IMG/VR virus record: IMGVR_UViG_3300010338_001863
Length of the DNA: 64,000 nt
Strand: one strand, 5' to 3'
From: an uncultured virus (IMG/VR IMGVR_UViG_3300010338_001863)
Taxonomy: Duplodnaviria > Heunggongvirae > Uroviricota > Caudoviricetes
Part shown: positions 10,588-21,153 of the stretch, piece after piece
How positions within the stretch are numbered: position 1 is the first letter of the stretch
How the letters are laid out: each line of letters begins with the position of its first letter
Made by a program: the position numbers and the translations under genes
The notes under the pieces: model-generated
Seen by the model: only the letters and a program-made list of their open reading frames with translations
The model's database searches: none
Told to the model about the DNA's origin: nothing

Positions 10588-11616
10588 ATGATATATAATT
10601 CTTCACTTTATAACGATTCCTTGTATAATGGCTTATCTGATAATCAACAAAATGTATTTGTAGAAAGGATCTCTTGTAAATGTTATCAGAATAATGAAGA
10701 TAATATTATTATATATTGGAAGCATGTTCCTTTTAATGAGTTATTGTTTTCCTCAGATTATTTCATAGAGACAGACATAAATCCTCAATTTAATTCTCAA
10801 TATTATCAAATTAATAAGTTTTCTGAATTTACTGATAAGATTATAAATGAAGGTAATATTGGTGTTATTTTATATCCCAATAATAACAAAACTTTTGAAT
10901 ATGCATTAAATACAAATAAAGAAATATACATAAGAATTTCTATTGACAACATCTCTTTATCAATAGAGCCACATGTCATAAGATATAAAGTTATTCCAAA
11001 TAAGATGTTTTATTATATCAATATTATTAAAAAATTTTTGCCAGAAAATATTCTTAAACCTTTCAAAATATTAACTAGTCAGTTAGGATATAAATATTAC
11101 GATGTAAATTCCAATTTATCTATGATTATTTTTTATATTTTAAATGAAATCGACAAGACAAATGCTTATTTAGAATCTTTTAATAATAATATATTAAATT
11201 CAAGTGATTATCAAATAAATGATTTGGCTACGATATATGGCATAGAAAAAACAAATAATATAGGAATTTTAGATTTTAGAGATATTATAATAGGATATTC
11301 TGTTTCTTCTAGATTCTCTATTTCGTTTAAAAGTATAAATTCTTTTGTTTATAGTATTTATACTAATTATCCGATGTATAAGAAAATATACAATTCCGAA
11401 TTATATACTGTAAATAATGCACAACAAACAGAATTGTATTTTGTTGATAATGATTCTGATTTATATTTGATAAATGGATATATGTTTTTTGATGGTATAA
11501 AGATAATTATTAGAAGAAAAAATAAACTAAGTTTTTATGATAATTTTTGTAGGGACATAATAAATAAGTTTATCCCTTCTAATATTTATTATGAATTAGA
11601 ATTCGTGGAGGTTTAA
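10588..11616 (+). CDS. putative baseplate/tail protein
   Basis: 342-aa ORF; ends INKFIPSNI..ELEFV, resembling baseplate-wedge C-termini; context. Confidence 0.4.
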   Translation: MIYNSSLYNDSLYNGLSDNQQNVFVERISCKCYQNNEDNIIIYWKHVPFNELLFSSDYFIETDINPQFNSQYYQINKFSEFTDKIINEGNIGVILYPNNNKTFEYALNTNKEIYIRISIDNISLSIEPHVIRYKVIPNKMFYYINIIKKFLPENILKPFKILTSQLGYKYYDVNSNLSMIIFYILNEIDKTNAYLESFNNNILNSSDYQINDLATIYGIEKTNNIGILDFRDIIIGYSVSSRFSISFKSINSFVYSIYTNYPMYKKIYNSELYTVNNAQQTELYFVDNDSDLYLINGYMFFDGIKIIIRRKNKLSFYDNFCRDIINKFIPSNIYYELEFVEV

Positions 11617-13325
11617 TGAAAAGATTAACGTTTGAAAATGGCCAACCCGTATTTATTGCAGATGACTTTAATTATCTTGTTGATTCTATATGCTCTTCTA
11701 TAAAAGAAAGATTTGCCGATTTGATATCGCCAGGGATTGTCCCGAATTCTAATTTATTAAATCCAAACTCTTCTCCATTTAACATGAGTTTCGTTTATTC
11801 TAGCAACCCATTGAAAATAGACATTACAATAGAACCTGGTATAGTTTATTTTGATAATTCAAACCCTTCTATATTTGAGGAAAGTATTCCTCAAGATAAT
11901 ATTTATTGGGAAAGAGGTGTGCTGTCATCTCCATATGTTTTAAGTATTGTACATAATACCCAATTAGATACCGATTATTATATTTATTGTATATATGATA
12001 AAGATGCATATGATGAGAATTATTCTTTACCTAATAAGGTTAACCCTAATCTAACCATATTCCCAAGGAGAATAGATAAAATATCATTTGCCTATACTAG
12101 CAATATATCACAGATACCTTATGGAGCTATTCAATTGGGTATATTATCTATTACGTATTCTAGTAACTATAATATATCTTTATCGCAAACCAATAAAAAA
12201 TATATTAAATTTAGGAACTTTGATATTGAGTCTCAAATAAAATCAATATTTTCTAAGTTTTTTAGAAATGGGATATATTCTAACCAATTAAAAATATCTA
12301 ATACAAACAATGTTATTAAATTTATTAAACCATCTGGTAACGAGTTTTTTATAATTAATGGGGTCATTGGTAATGAAGTAAATTATCCAGTATCTATAGA
12401 GTCTGGTAGTGAGGTATACAATTACAATGTCGGAACATTATCGGATGGTAATTATTCTTTCTATATAAAATATGAATCAATAACTAACTCTTTTGTTTTT
12501 ACTACTATTTACGATCCTAATAATTCTAATTTATTCTTAAAATTATGTGATTTTACTATGTCAGGCAATATTATAACAAGCTTTATTCCTGATACGAGTA
12601 TCTTGGGTGTTATAGATAATGATTTGATAAAAAATTACATTATAAATGGGCAAGATAAAATTTTAGATTCGTCTATTAATATATCCAAAATAAAAATCCC
12701 CCAACCTTCTGAGACATCAGAAAAGCAAAAATTATCAATACTAATATCTAGTGCTAACCCGAATTCTATCTCAGGGAATATTATATCAGATATATCTATT
12801 GATGGTAGCAAGATAATAGATAATAGCTTAAATGGGGATAAGGTTATTGTATCTTCTTTGGATAGGCAAAAAATCAAGCAAATGTTTTTAACAAAGAAAT
12901 CTTTGTGGGTTGAAGGTGATATAGCTTCAAATCAGATTATAGGGAAAATATTTATAGAAAGTAATTTTATTTTACATGGTTTTTATTTCCTAACCGAGAC
13001 GGTTGGATCATCTGCCAATTTTACTATTAGTTTCTATAAATCTATAAATATGACACAAAATGACCTTTTATTTTCAATATCAGGAACTCCTCAAGCTGGG
13101 AATAATTTCTTTTTATATATGAAAAGGGATTATAATGGGGATGGGTATATCCCTAATATAACCAGTTATTTTACTGATTATACCTCTGTTAAAAATCTTT
13201 CAAGCGGAACTGTGTTATATATTAAAACTGGAACTATTCAAAATATAACAGATTGTTTTTTTGAATTCTATTTAACCCCAAATTATGGTCTTGACCAGAC
13301 ATATGATGGGGATAATTGGATGTAA
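11616..13325 (+). CDS. putative baseplate/tail fibre protein
   Basis: F.NGQ....DFN N-terminus and SIDGSKI repeats; context. Confidence 0.5.
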   Translation: MKRLTFENGQPVFIADDFNYLVDSICSSIKERFADLISPGIVPNSNLLNPNSSPFNMSFVYSSNPLKIDITIEPGIVYFDNSNPSIFEESIPQDNIYWERGVLSSPYVLSIVHNTQLDTDYYIYCIYDKDAYDENYSLPNKVNPNLTIFPRRIDKISFAYTSNISQIPYGAIQLGILSITYSSNYNISLSQTNKKYIKFRNFDIESQIKSIFSKFFRNGIYSNQLKISNTNNVIKFIKPSGNEFFIINGVIGNEVNYPVSIESGSEVYNYNVGTLSDGNYSFYIKYESITNSFVFTTIYDPNNSNLFLKLCDFTMSGNIITSFIPDTSILGVIDNDLIKNYIINGQDKILDSSINISKIKIPQPSETSEKQKLSILISSANPNSISGNIISDISIDGSKIIDNSLNGDKVIVSSLDRQKIKQMFLTKKSLWVEGDIASNQIIGKIFIESNFILHGFYFLTETVGSSANFTISFYKSINMTQNDLLFSISGTPQAGNNFFLYMKRDYNGDGYIPNITSYFTDYTSVKNLSSGTVLYIKTGTIQNITDCFFEFYLTPNYGLDQTYDGDNWM

Positions 13326-13362
13326 TATTTAAAAAAAACATAGTATTATTAAGGAGATATTT

Positions 13363-14790
13363 ATGGTAATAATAGAAAACGGAGAAATTAAAAAAGATAA
13401 TGGGTTAGTACAGATGCCAATAGACGTGTCTGGAAGACCGGCTTCTTTTATATCTGGGTTCGATAATTCTGAAAATATACAATTAGCAAAGGTTACTTCC
13501 GATGGTAAACTAATGGTGGATGCTAATATAAGCGTGGCACCAGAGGTTGAAATAAAAAATGATTCTGGTAATCCTGTCCCAATATCTGCATTATCTTTGC
13601 CTCTTCCAGATGGAGCTGCTACTGCAACTAAACAAGATACATCTAATAATTTATTGACTGGGATAAAAACTCAGACAGACAAGTTTTCTTTTACTGGTGA
13701 TAGATTAAAGGTTGATGCTGATATAACGATGGCTCCAGAAGTAGAAATAAAAAACGATTCTGGCAATCCAATTCCTGTTGCAGCAGTCACGTTGCCGCTC
13801 CCAACTGGCGCTGCAACAGCATTAAAACAGGATACTGCTAATACTTTATTGACTTCAATAAATGATAATACTAGCAAATTTGTTTTTAATGAAACAAGAG
13901 TTCTAACTGAAACCATCGTTACAAATTCGGTTGAAGTGGAAGTTAAAAACGATGTGGGGAATCCGATATCGTCCTCTGTTATAAGTTCTGTCCTCCCAAC
14001 CGGGGCAGCTACTTCAGCTAATCAGGATACTGCCAACAATTTATTAAATAGTATAAAAACGCAAACAGATAAACTTTCTTTTAATACAGACAAATTGAAG
14101 GTTGAAGCTAGTGTAATTTCAATTCCTGAAGTTGAAATAAAAAATGATTCTGGTAGCCCTATCCCAATTTCTGGGAGCGTATCTGCTTCTCAAAGTGGAC
14201 AATGGGATATCACTAATATTACGGGGACTGTATCGTTGCCAACTGGGGCTGCTACAGAAAATACTCTTTCTAATATAAATACAAAAATAGGCGAGGTTCA
14301 AACTAATCCAACTCCAAATACTATACTTGATAGAATAAAATCTATTTATACAGCTTTATATGACATTTTTAATGGTTTAAAAATATTAGGATGGGTTAAA
14401 AAGAGACCCGATTATACTAGATATTCTACCGATATCAGTGGGTTCGATACGTTAGTTTATGGTCCATATAATTTAGCGAATAATGCTTCAACTACAATAA
14501 ATATCACTATTCCTGATGGAGAAAAATGGCATATAGAATTAGTATCAGGATGTAGAAGAATAAATGGTGGTGGAGGAAAATTAACATCAGTATTTAATTT
14601 TATTTGGGATCCAACAGGTGAAAATAGACCAATACAAGTATTATATGCTAATGGAGTCACAAATTCTGTGCGTGTTGGGATTGCTTTAGTTGGAGATGGG
14701 GTTAAGGTATTGAGATGTATAATAACTAATGGTGACGCAGGAGCTTCTGACCATTATTTTAATATATTAGTTTATAGGGAGGTATTATAA
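13363..14790 (+). CDS. repeat-containing virion protein
   Basis: Four ~65-aa repeats EVEIKNDSGNP.PI...LPTGAAT..KQDT. Confidence 0.65.
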   Translation: MVIIENGEIKKDNGLVQMPIDVSGRPASFISGFDNSENIQLAKVTSDGKLMVDANISVAPEVEIKNDSGNPVPISALSLPLPDGAATATKQDTSNNLLTGIKTQTDKFSFTGDRLKVDADITMAPEVEIKNDSGNPIPVAAVTLPLPTGAATALKQDTANTLLTSINDNTSKFVFNETRVLTETIVTNSVEVEVKNDVGNPISSSVISSVLPTGAATSANQDTANNLLNSIKTQTDKLSFNTDKLKVEASVISIPEVEIKNDSGSPIPISGSVSASQSGQWDITNITGTVSLPTGAATENTLSNINTKIGEVQTNPTPNTILDRIKSIYTALYDIFNGLKILGWVKKRPDYTRYSTDISGFDTLVYGPYNLANNASTTINITIPDGEKWHIELVSGCRRINGGGGKLTSVFNFIWDPTGENRPIQVLYANGVTNSVRVGIALVGDGVKVLRCIITNGDAGASDHYFNILVYREVL

Positions 14791-15410
14791 TGGGAATTGA
14801 AGTAACTTGGGAAAAGTTAATAGAATTATCAAATTTAAAGAAAATTAGATTACAATATAATGAATTTGATGATAAATATTGTGTTTTTGCCGTTGATTTT
14901 AATACTATTTATAAAACTTGTATATTTAAAAATCCACAGGATATAATAGGTATTAATATCGAATTAGAACAACAAAGATTGCAAGATTTCGAACAAAATT
15001 ATAAAGATAAAGCTAATAGACCATTATTATTAAGTCCTATAGAAGCAGACTCTTTATTTTATTGTGCTTTAGTAGAGGTCCCAGAAGGACAACAAAGTGC
15101 GTATTATGAATGGGATTTCGAGGAAGATGTTGAATTAAGAAAGGTTAGGCCTAGGCCTAAACAATCTCAATTTGGAGATTCTTGCCATTTAGAAGTGTGG
15201 ACTAAGCCAGGAGTTTTGGGGCCAGATTCTATCAAAGTAAGAGAGTTTGGGCGTACATATTTAGAAGGTGGGGATGGGTGGTTTGGGATGTGGTATGAAG
15301 GAGTCGGTACTGGGAAAATCCCTGGATATTGCACATTAAGAATAGTTTATGAAAAAGGCCAAGATTTAGGATATAGAAGATTTTATATAGATATTGAAGT
15401 GGTAAAATAA
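14790..15410 (+). CDS. hypothetical protein (virion-associated context)
   Basis: 206-aa ORF, GGAGG RBS, coupled to the upstream stop. Confidence 0.6.
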   Translation: MGIEVTWEKLIELSNLKKIRLQYNEFDDKYCVFAVDFNTIYKTCIFKNPQDIIGINIELEQQRLQDFEQNYKDKANRPLLLSPIEADSLFYCALVEVPEGQQSAYYEWDFEEDVELRKVRPRPKQSQFGDSCHLEVWTKPGVLGPDSIKVREFGRTYLEGGDGWFGMWYEGVGTGKIPGYCTLRIVYEKGQDLGYRRFYIDIEVVK

Positions 15411-15576
15411 TGGAAATAAAAATTAATATATATAAAGATCCTATGCATGAAAAAGAGTTTATTTCTATTATTTGCAAAGAACATAATTTTAAATATATTT
15501 CTTTATTAAATCAAGAAAATATGTCTAAAGGTTTTGAGGAATTAAAAAATCTAATAAAAGAGAAAAGTGACATACA

Positions 15577-16029
15577 ATGAGGTTCTTAAAATTAAATAGA
15601 ATAAAACGGATTAATGCGTCTACCATAGGGGAGCTGTATTTGACCGACAGCTCTCCTTTATTCCTTTGCCATACATTAGAAGATGTTGTAAGAAAGCCTG
15701 GAGTTAAAATAGATGGAGAAACCGCTATCCCTGAGGGAGAGTATGCGGTTATAATAGATTATTCTTCTAGATTTAAAACAAATATGCCTCACATACTTAA
15801 GACAAATCTAAAAGAATTAGATACTTTTAAGGGAGTAAGAATACATCCAGGTAATTATAGCAAGGATACTGATGGATGTATATTGGTTGGAGAATGGGAC
15901 GGCAAAAGCGATTTTATAATAAAAAGTAGAGATACATATAAAAAGGTTTTCCCTATTTTCGATAATATAATAAAAGAACAAAACTTTATTAAATTGTTTA
16001 TAAAAAATGGGGAAGGAGTAATGATATGA
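15577..16029 (+). CDS. DUF5675-family protein (putative endolysin/peptidase)
   Basis: STIGELY..CHTLED..K..GETAIPEG.Y and GVRIHPGN...DTDGCILVG signature. Confidence 0.85.
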   Translation: MRFLKLNRIKRINASTIGELYLTDSSPLFLCHTLEDVVRKPGVKIDGETAIPEGEYAVIIDYSSRFKTNMPHILKTNLKELDTFKGVRIHPGNYSKDTDGCILVGEWDGKSDFIIKSRDTYKKVFPIFDNIIKEQNFIKLFIKNGEGVMI

Positions 16030-16559
16030 AAATAGAACTCGATACTAAATTGCTTATGCCTGGGGATTGCATATTGGTTTCTGGGAAGGGTTTTATTTCT
16101 AGAGGGATTAAATGGTTTACAAATAGTAAATATAGTCACGTAGCTTTATATGTTGGCGGTGGGGAAGGATATGTGATAGAAGCTACTGCGGCTGGGGTAG
16201 AAAAAAACAAATTTTCGTCATTACTCAAAGGAGCAGATGGGATATGCATAAGAAGGTACCCTGGATTGACCATTGAACAAGTTGAGCTTATAAAACAGAA
16301 AGCTTACGGCCTTTTATATGAAAACTATGATTTTTTGCAATTTTTAAGTATGGTTCCATATTTCTTATTAAGAAAAATAGGGATAACCTGGAATGCTTTG
16401 CTTTTTAATAGAAGAACTAAAATGATATGTTCTGAGCTTTTCGGAGTGTGTTATTATGCTGCTGGAATTCTTTTTAAAAGCAGTATGAAAAAACTTAAAT
16501 CCTTGACCCCTGAAGATTTATATTCTGATAAAAAACTAATAACAGTAATAGAAAAATGA
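16026..16559 (+). CDS. permuted papain-like (YiiX/YebB, NlpC/P60) amidase
   Basis: PGD.IL, YSHVALY, VIEA, YD, ICSEL, TPEDL motifs. Confidence 0.85.
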   Translation: MKIELDTKLLMPGDCILVSGKGFISRGIKWFTNSKYSHVALYVGGGEGYVIEATAAGVEKNKFSSLLKGADGICIRRYPGLTIEQVELIKQKAYGLLYENYDFLQFLSMVPYFLLRKIGITWNALLFNRRTKMICSELFGVCYYAAGILFKSSMKKLKSLTPEDLYSDKKLITVIEK

Positions 16560-16563
16560 ATAT

Positions 16564-19500
16564 ATGGAACAATATATTGATAAGGAAAATGAGTTATCTA
16601 AGTTAGCTAATCAATGGAAAAAAGATAGAAAATGGGAAAATATATCGATAGAAGAACTCCCTGATAAAGAATATGTTGTATCTTTAAAAATAGATGGGGA
16701 GTTAACAGCTTTTGAATATAAAAATGGGGATATTACATATTCTTCCAGACATGGTAAAATAAGGAAAAATTTACCATTTGATAAAGAATTAATTGAGTCA
16801 TTTAGGAAATACAAAAAAGTTATTGGCTTTGGGGAATTATATGCTGTTGATAAGAATGGATCTATACTCCCTTACACCCAAAGCATGAGTATATTGAGAA
16901 AACCTAATGAAGAAAATATAAATCAAATCAGATTCAAAATATTTGATATATATCAAATAAATGATAAGAAAATTGAAATGCCATATCTTAAAAGAGTTTC
17001 TTTGATAAAAAAAATTTTAAATAAAAAATTTGCTATTAATGCTATAAAATCAAGCAAAAATAAAATATCGGAAATATTTGATAAATATGTTAAATCTGGA
17101 AAATATGAGGGCTTGGTTATTTGGGATGACCAAAAGACGTATAAAATAAAAGAGTTTATTAATCTAGATGCTGTTGTGATATTTGTAGAAAAGTCCGATA
17201 AGCATCCAGATAGAATGGGAGCGCTTGGGCTTGCCTTGCTTGATAATAATAAATTTTATTATATAGGGAATGTTGGAACAGGGTTTACTGAAGACCAGAG
17301 GATTAAATGGTTGAGATATGCGTTAAAAAATAAAATAAAAGAAGATAATGGTAAAATATTTATAAGCCCTAAAATAATAGTAGAAGTTAATGCAAAAACT
17401 TTGAATTTTGGGACTAATATAATATATAACAAAAAGTATGATGTTATTGGACATTCCCAATTTGGCAGTTTAAGAGAACCTAAGTTTATAAGAATTAGAA
17501 AAGACAAAACAATATCTGATGATAATATCGGATTATCCCAAATTAAAAATTTCGTCAAAAGATCATTGTTTGATTATAAAAAAATATCTAATATTAATAA
17601 TAATTGGTTTATGTGTAATACTTTTAAAAAAATAGCTATTTCTTTGAATCAAATAGACATAGAAATTCCTCAAGATTTGAGTCAAGGGCATAAAATAGAA
17701 AAAATATTTAATATTGTATATATGGACCCTACATCTAAATTAGATAATCAAAAATTAGAATTTAAAAATTTAGAAGAATTTATAAATAAGTTTTTAATGG
17801 AATATAAAGGCAATAAATATCTAAATATTAAAAAAATGAAAATGATCACTGGAGATTATTTAGGGGTTATTAATAAATTTTACGAGAATCTTATCGAATA
17901 TGGCGCAATAAATATTAGAAATTCTATAATTAATTTAACTAGGAAAACAGAAAATAAGCCAAAATTAATTAATGTAAAATCTTTTGATGAATTAAAACAG
18001 TTGTTAGGTTTGCAACAAAATAAAGATATAAAAATAGAAAAACATTATGAAAAAATTGCTGCAAAACAAATAGGAAATATTTCATATGTTCTTTATAAAG
18101 CTTTAAGTCCTTTTGGGATTAAAAACTTGGCAAATAAAGGAGTATCTACTTGGTGCGTAAATAGTATAGAATATGCCAAAAGTTATTGGGATGCTAATGA
18201 AACAAAACAAAATGGCTTTTGGTATATATTTAGGAATGGGAAGCCATTTTTTTCAATAGGTGGGAATGATGGGATAAGCTCCATATTTAATGTATCATTG
18301 TCTTTGTATTCTATACACATTTATGAACCAGATTATCTAATATTAAAAGAATGGCAGAATATTTATAATTATCCATTAAAAGAACAGAAAGTTTTAAATG
18401 ATTTAGAATTCAATGAGAAAATAAAAAAAATAATTGAAAATATCAATTTAAAAGAATTTATCCCAGATTCAGATTATGAGTTCATTTTTAATTATTCGGA
18501 ATATTTTAAAGATAAGATAGACATTAATAAATTTTTAGAATATATTTTGGATATTAAAAAAAAGATTTTTTTGCAAAATTCGATTATTTTAGAGAAAAGC
18601 GACCTGCTATTAAATACAGCTAAATTTATTGTAAGAAGTCCTTTTGAAAAAAATCCGCAAATAAATAAAGATTTGTTGGAACGAATAGAAGAGATCTTGT
18701 CTTCCGATTATGAAAATTCAGTAGACTATTTAAGAACAATCGTAAAGGGATATAGTGAAAACTATAAATCATACATGCTGAAATTATTGAAGAATATATA
18801 TGAAAGTATTTCCAGTAAAGATGCTAATTCTGTAGATATCGAGGAAGGAAAACTCTCTAATATTATTGATTTATTTTATGATTCTAAACATGAGATAACA
18901 AACGATGAAAGGAAATATTTTGATTTACTAATTGAAAAAGTCCCTTATGTTTTTTTATTGGCATATGATAAATTAAAAGATATAGGGATAAATTATGAGA
19001 AAGATAAATTGTTTTCTGCGGTAGTTAATAATCCTATATATTCTTTTAAGTATGCAAAAGGCTTAGGTTTTACTGATGTCTCATTTAAAATTTTAGAATC
19101 TATATCTAAAAATGATATCTTGTCCTATAGATATGCTTTACACTTAAAGGGGAAAAAGGTTCCAGTAATAATTGAAAATGGGATAGCCAAGTCTCCTCGT
19201 CTTAGTTTTTTATATGCTTATAGAGTATTGAATTTCCAAAATGTCCCTCCAATAATAATAGACTCTATTGCAAAAGATTATAATGTTTCAATTTTATATG
19301 CTATTATAAACAAAGATAATATCCCCGGTCAGATAAAAAGGAAAATAATGTTAGAATCTGGCATTGATATTGAAAAGAATAAAAATAATTTTGAAAATTT
19401 TGTTTTTAGTTGTGCTTTAGGAAGCTCGGAACGGGCTTTTGAATTTGCAAAATCTCATAAATTTAAAGACATCCCATTAGAAATAATTAAAAAGATATCG

Positions 19501-21153
19501 GAATCTCCTTATTATTCTTGGGGATATGCCAGGGCCATAGGGTATCAGGGAGTTCCAAAAGAAATAATAGAAGGGATATCAAAAGATAATCATTTCTCTT
19601 TTCTTTATACAACAGAAGTAGATCCCCAAAATGTTCCAGAAGTTATATTTCTTTCTGCATTAAAAGACTCTAAAGATAATAGTATGGATTTTAAAATAAA
19701 AAATGCTTTAAGATTTATTAATGAAAATAGGTTAGATTTATTAAAAGAAGTCAATATTAAAAAATCGGATATCGAACCTTATTTAGGGTCAAACCCTAAT
19801 AAAGAAAATATATTAAAACATTTAGAATCGAGCAGTGAATGTTTTATAGCAAAAGAAGGCTTAAGATATAATTGGGGTTATGATATTGATGAAAAAGTTT
19901 ACGGCGATAATCGTGAAGCGCATGATAAGAATAGTTTTTTATTTAAAAAGGCTGCATTTGAAACTAATTCACTCCAATTAAGAATAGAAGGACAACTAAA
20001 AGATGATATAATAAGTTTTGCTAAAAGGAATTTTTTGCAAAAGTATTTATATTATAATACTAATTTATATATACTTGGAAGAGTATATAACCCTCATATA
20101 ATATTGATGTATTTTAAAAAAGATATATTTAAAGAGATAGTAAGACATTTAAAAGAAAAAGGTGTAGAATATATAGAATTTACATTAGGGAATATAAAAA
20201 AGTTTTCTTCAGATAAGGATGTTTTTTATATAGAAGTAAGAAGCGAGCAATTAGATAATTTAGTTAATGAACTTGCTGAAAGGTTTGACGAGCAGCAGCC
20301 ATTCAAATTCTTAGCACATATAACATTGGCATATGTTAAAAATGGAACACACGACTTCCTTTTAAATAATGCCCATTTCCAAGGGATCAAATATAAGACT
20401 TCAATTATAGAAGTTAGCTATTATGACAACAATAAAGGTGGAGAATATTATAATTTAAAGAATAATGATACTGGTAAGGTTGTTGATTTTTTGTATAAGC
20501 ATAATATAGATGTATCTAAAATAAAACCTGGGAATGTCGGTTTTGACTTCGATTATACGCTAACAATGAACCCTAACCAGTTCAAAAAAATCATAGATCA
20601 TATACATAGCAATGGACATAAGGTTTTCATAATAACTGGTAGGGGGCCATCTTTAACTAGCTATATAAATGAATTTTTAAATAAGAATAATATTAATGTA
20701 GATGGAGTATATAATTTTGAAAAAGAATTAACGGATGAGGATTTTGTTAACCCAGAAACTAAAAAACAAATTGCAAAATTTAAAAAAGATAAAATAAAAG
20801 AATTGGAGATATCTACTTTCTTTGATGATGATTTCTTTATTATATCCAACTTGCCTAATAATATAGATAAATATTTTGTCCCAGCTGGGGTTCAAAAGGT
20901 TAATAATGGGAAATTTATATACCCAGAAAAATCGCATAATAAATTCGAGCAAATTATAAATAAACTACTTTATGTAGCAAATAAATATGGTTATAAGATT
21001 TATGCTGCTGGTGGATATGTTAGGGATTTAATAATGGATAGAGATTCTAAAGATTTGGATATAATAGTTGTTAAAGATTCCGAGGGAGTTAATGCGCCGA
21101 TAGAGTTTGCTAAAAAAGTTAAGGAAGAATTTGGAGGTAATATATATGAATAA
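16564..21153 (+). CDS. multidomain protein A: ATP-dependent DNA ligase + unknown/helical-repeat domain + 2H phosphoesterase + HAD phosphatase + N-terminal fragment of CCA-adding enzyme
   Basis: KIDGE, EGLV, VGTGF, LREPKF.RIR.DK (ligase); PHIIL/AHITLAY (2H); FDFDYTL..ITGR..FFDD (HAD); YAAGGYVRDL..KDLDI (class II NTase motif A). Confidence 0.85.
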   Translation: MEQYIDKENELSKLANQWKKDRKWENISIEELPDKEYVVSLKIDGELTAFEYKNGDITYSSRHGKIRKNLPFDKELIESFRKYKKVIGFGELYAVDKNGSILPYTQSMSILRKPNEENINQIRFKIFDIYQINDKKIEMPYLKRVSLIKKILNKKFAINAIKSSKNKISEIFDKYVKSGKYEGLVIWDDQKTYKIKEFINLDAVVIFVEKSDKHPDRMGALGLALLDNNKFYYIGNVGTGFTEDQRIKWLRYALKNKIKEDNGKIFISPKIIVEVNAKTLNFGTNIIYNKKYDVIGHSQFGSLREPKFIRIRKDKTISDDNIGLSQIKNFVKRSLFDYKKISNINNNWFMCNTFKKIAISLNQIDIEIPQDLSQGHKIEKIFNIVYMDPTSKLDNQKLEFKNLEEFINKFLMEYKGNKYLNIKKMKMITGDYLGVINKFYENLIEYGAINIRNSIINLTRKTENKPKLINVKSFDELKQLLGLQQNKDIKIEKHYEKIAAKQIGNISYVLYKALSPFGIKNLANKGVSTWCVNSIEYAKSYWDANETKQNGFWYIFRNGKPFFSIGGNDGISSIFNVSLSLYSIHIYEPDYLILKEWQNIYNYPLKEQKVLNDLEFNEKIKKIIENINLKEFIPDSDYEFIFNYSEYFKDKIDINKFLEYILDIKKKIFLQNSIILEKSDLLLNTAKFIVRSPFEKNPQINKDLLERIEEILSSDYENSVDYLRTIVKGYSENYKSYMLKLLKNIYESISSKDANSVDIEEGKLSNIIDLFYDSKHEITNDERKYFDLLIEKVPYVFLLAYDKLKDIGINYEKDKLFSAVVNNPIYSFKYAKGLGFTDVSFKILESISKNDILSYRYALHLKGKKVPVIIENGIAKSPRLSFLYAYRVLNFQNVPPIIIDSIAKDYNVSILYAIINKDNIPGQIKRKIMLESGIDIEKNKNNFENFVFSCALGSSERAFEFAKSHKFKDIPLEIIKKISESPYYSWGYARAIGYQGVPKEIIEGISKDNHFSFLYTTEVDPQNVPEVIFLSALKDSKDNSMDFKIKNALRFINENRLDLLKEVNIKKSDIEPYLGSNPNKENILKHLESSSECFIAKEGLRYNWGYDIDEKVYGDNREAHDKNSFLFKKAAFETNSLQLRIEGQLKDDIISFAKRNFLQKYLYYNTNLYILGRVYNPHIILMYFKKDIFKEIVRHLKEKGVEYIEFTLGNIKKFSSDKDVFYIEVRSEQLDNLVNELAERFDEQQPFKFLAHITLAYVKNGTHDFLLNNAHFQGIKYKTSIIEVSYYDNNKGGEYYNLKNNDTGKVVDFLYKHNIDVSKIKPGNVGFDFDYTLTMNPNQFKKIIDHIHSNGHKVFIITGRGPSLTSYINEFLNKNNINVDGVYNFEKELTDEDFVNPETKKQIAKFKKDKIKELEISTFFDDDFFIISNLPNNIDKYFVPAGVQKVNNGKFIYPEKSHNKFEQIINKLLYVANKYGYKIYAAGGYVRDLIMDRDSKDLDIIVVKDSEGVNAPIEFAKKVKEEFGGNIYE

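Noticed and set aside
21107..21145. ORF-track start (TTG 21107) for protein B
   Set aside because: GGAGG at 21133-21137 and the ATGAATAA overlap favour ATG 21146
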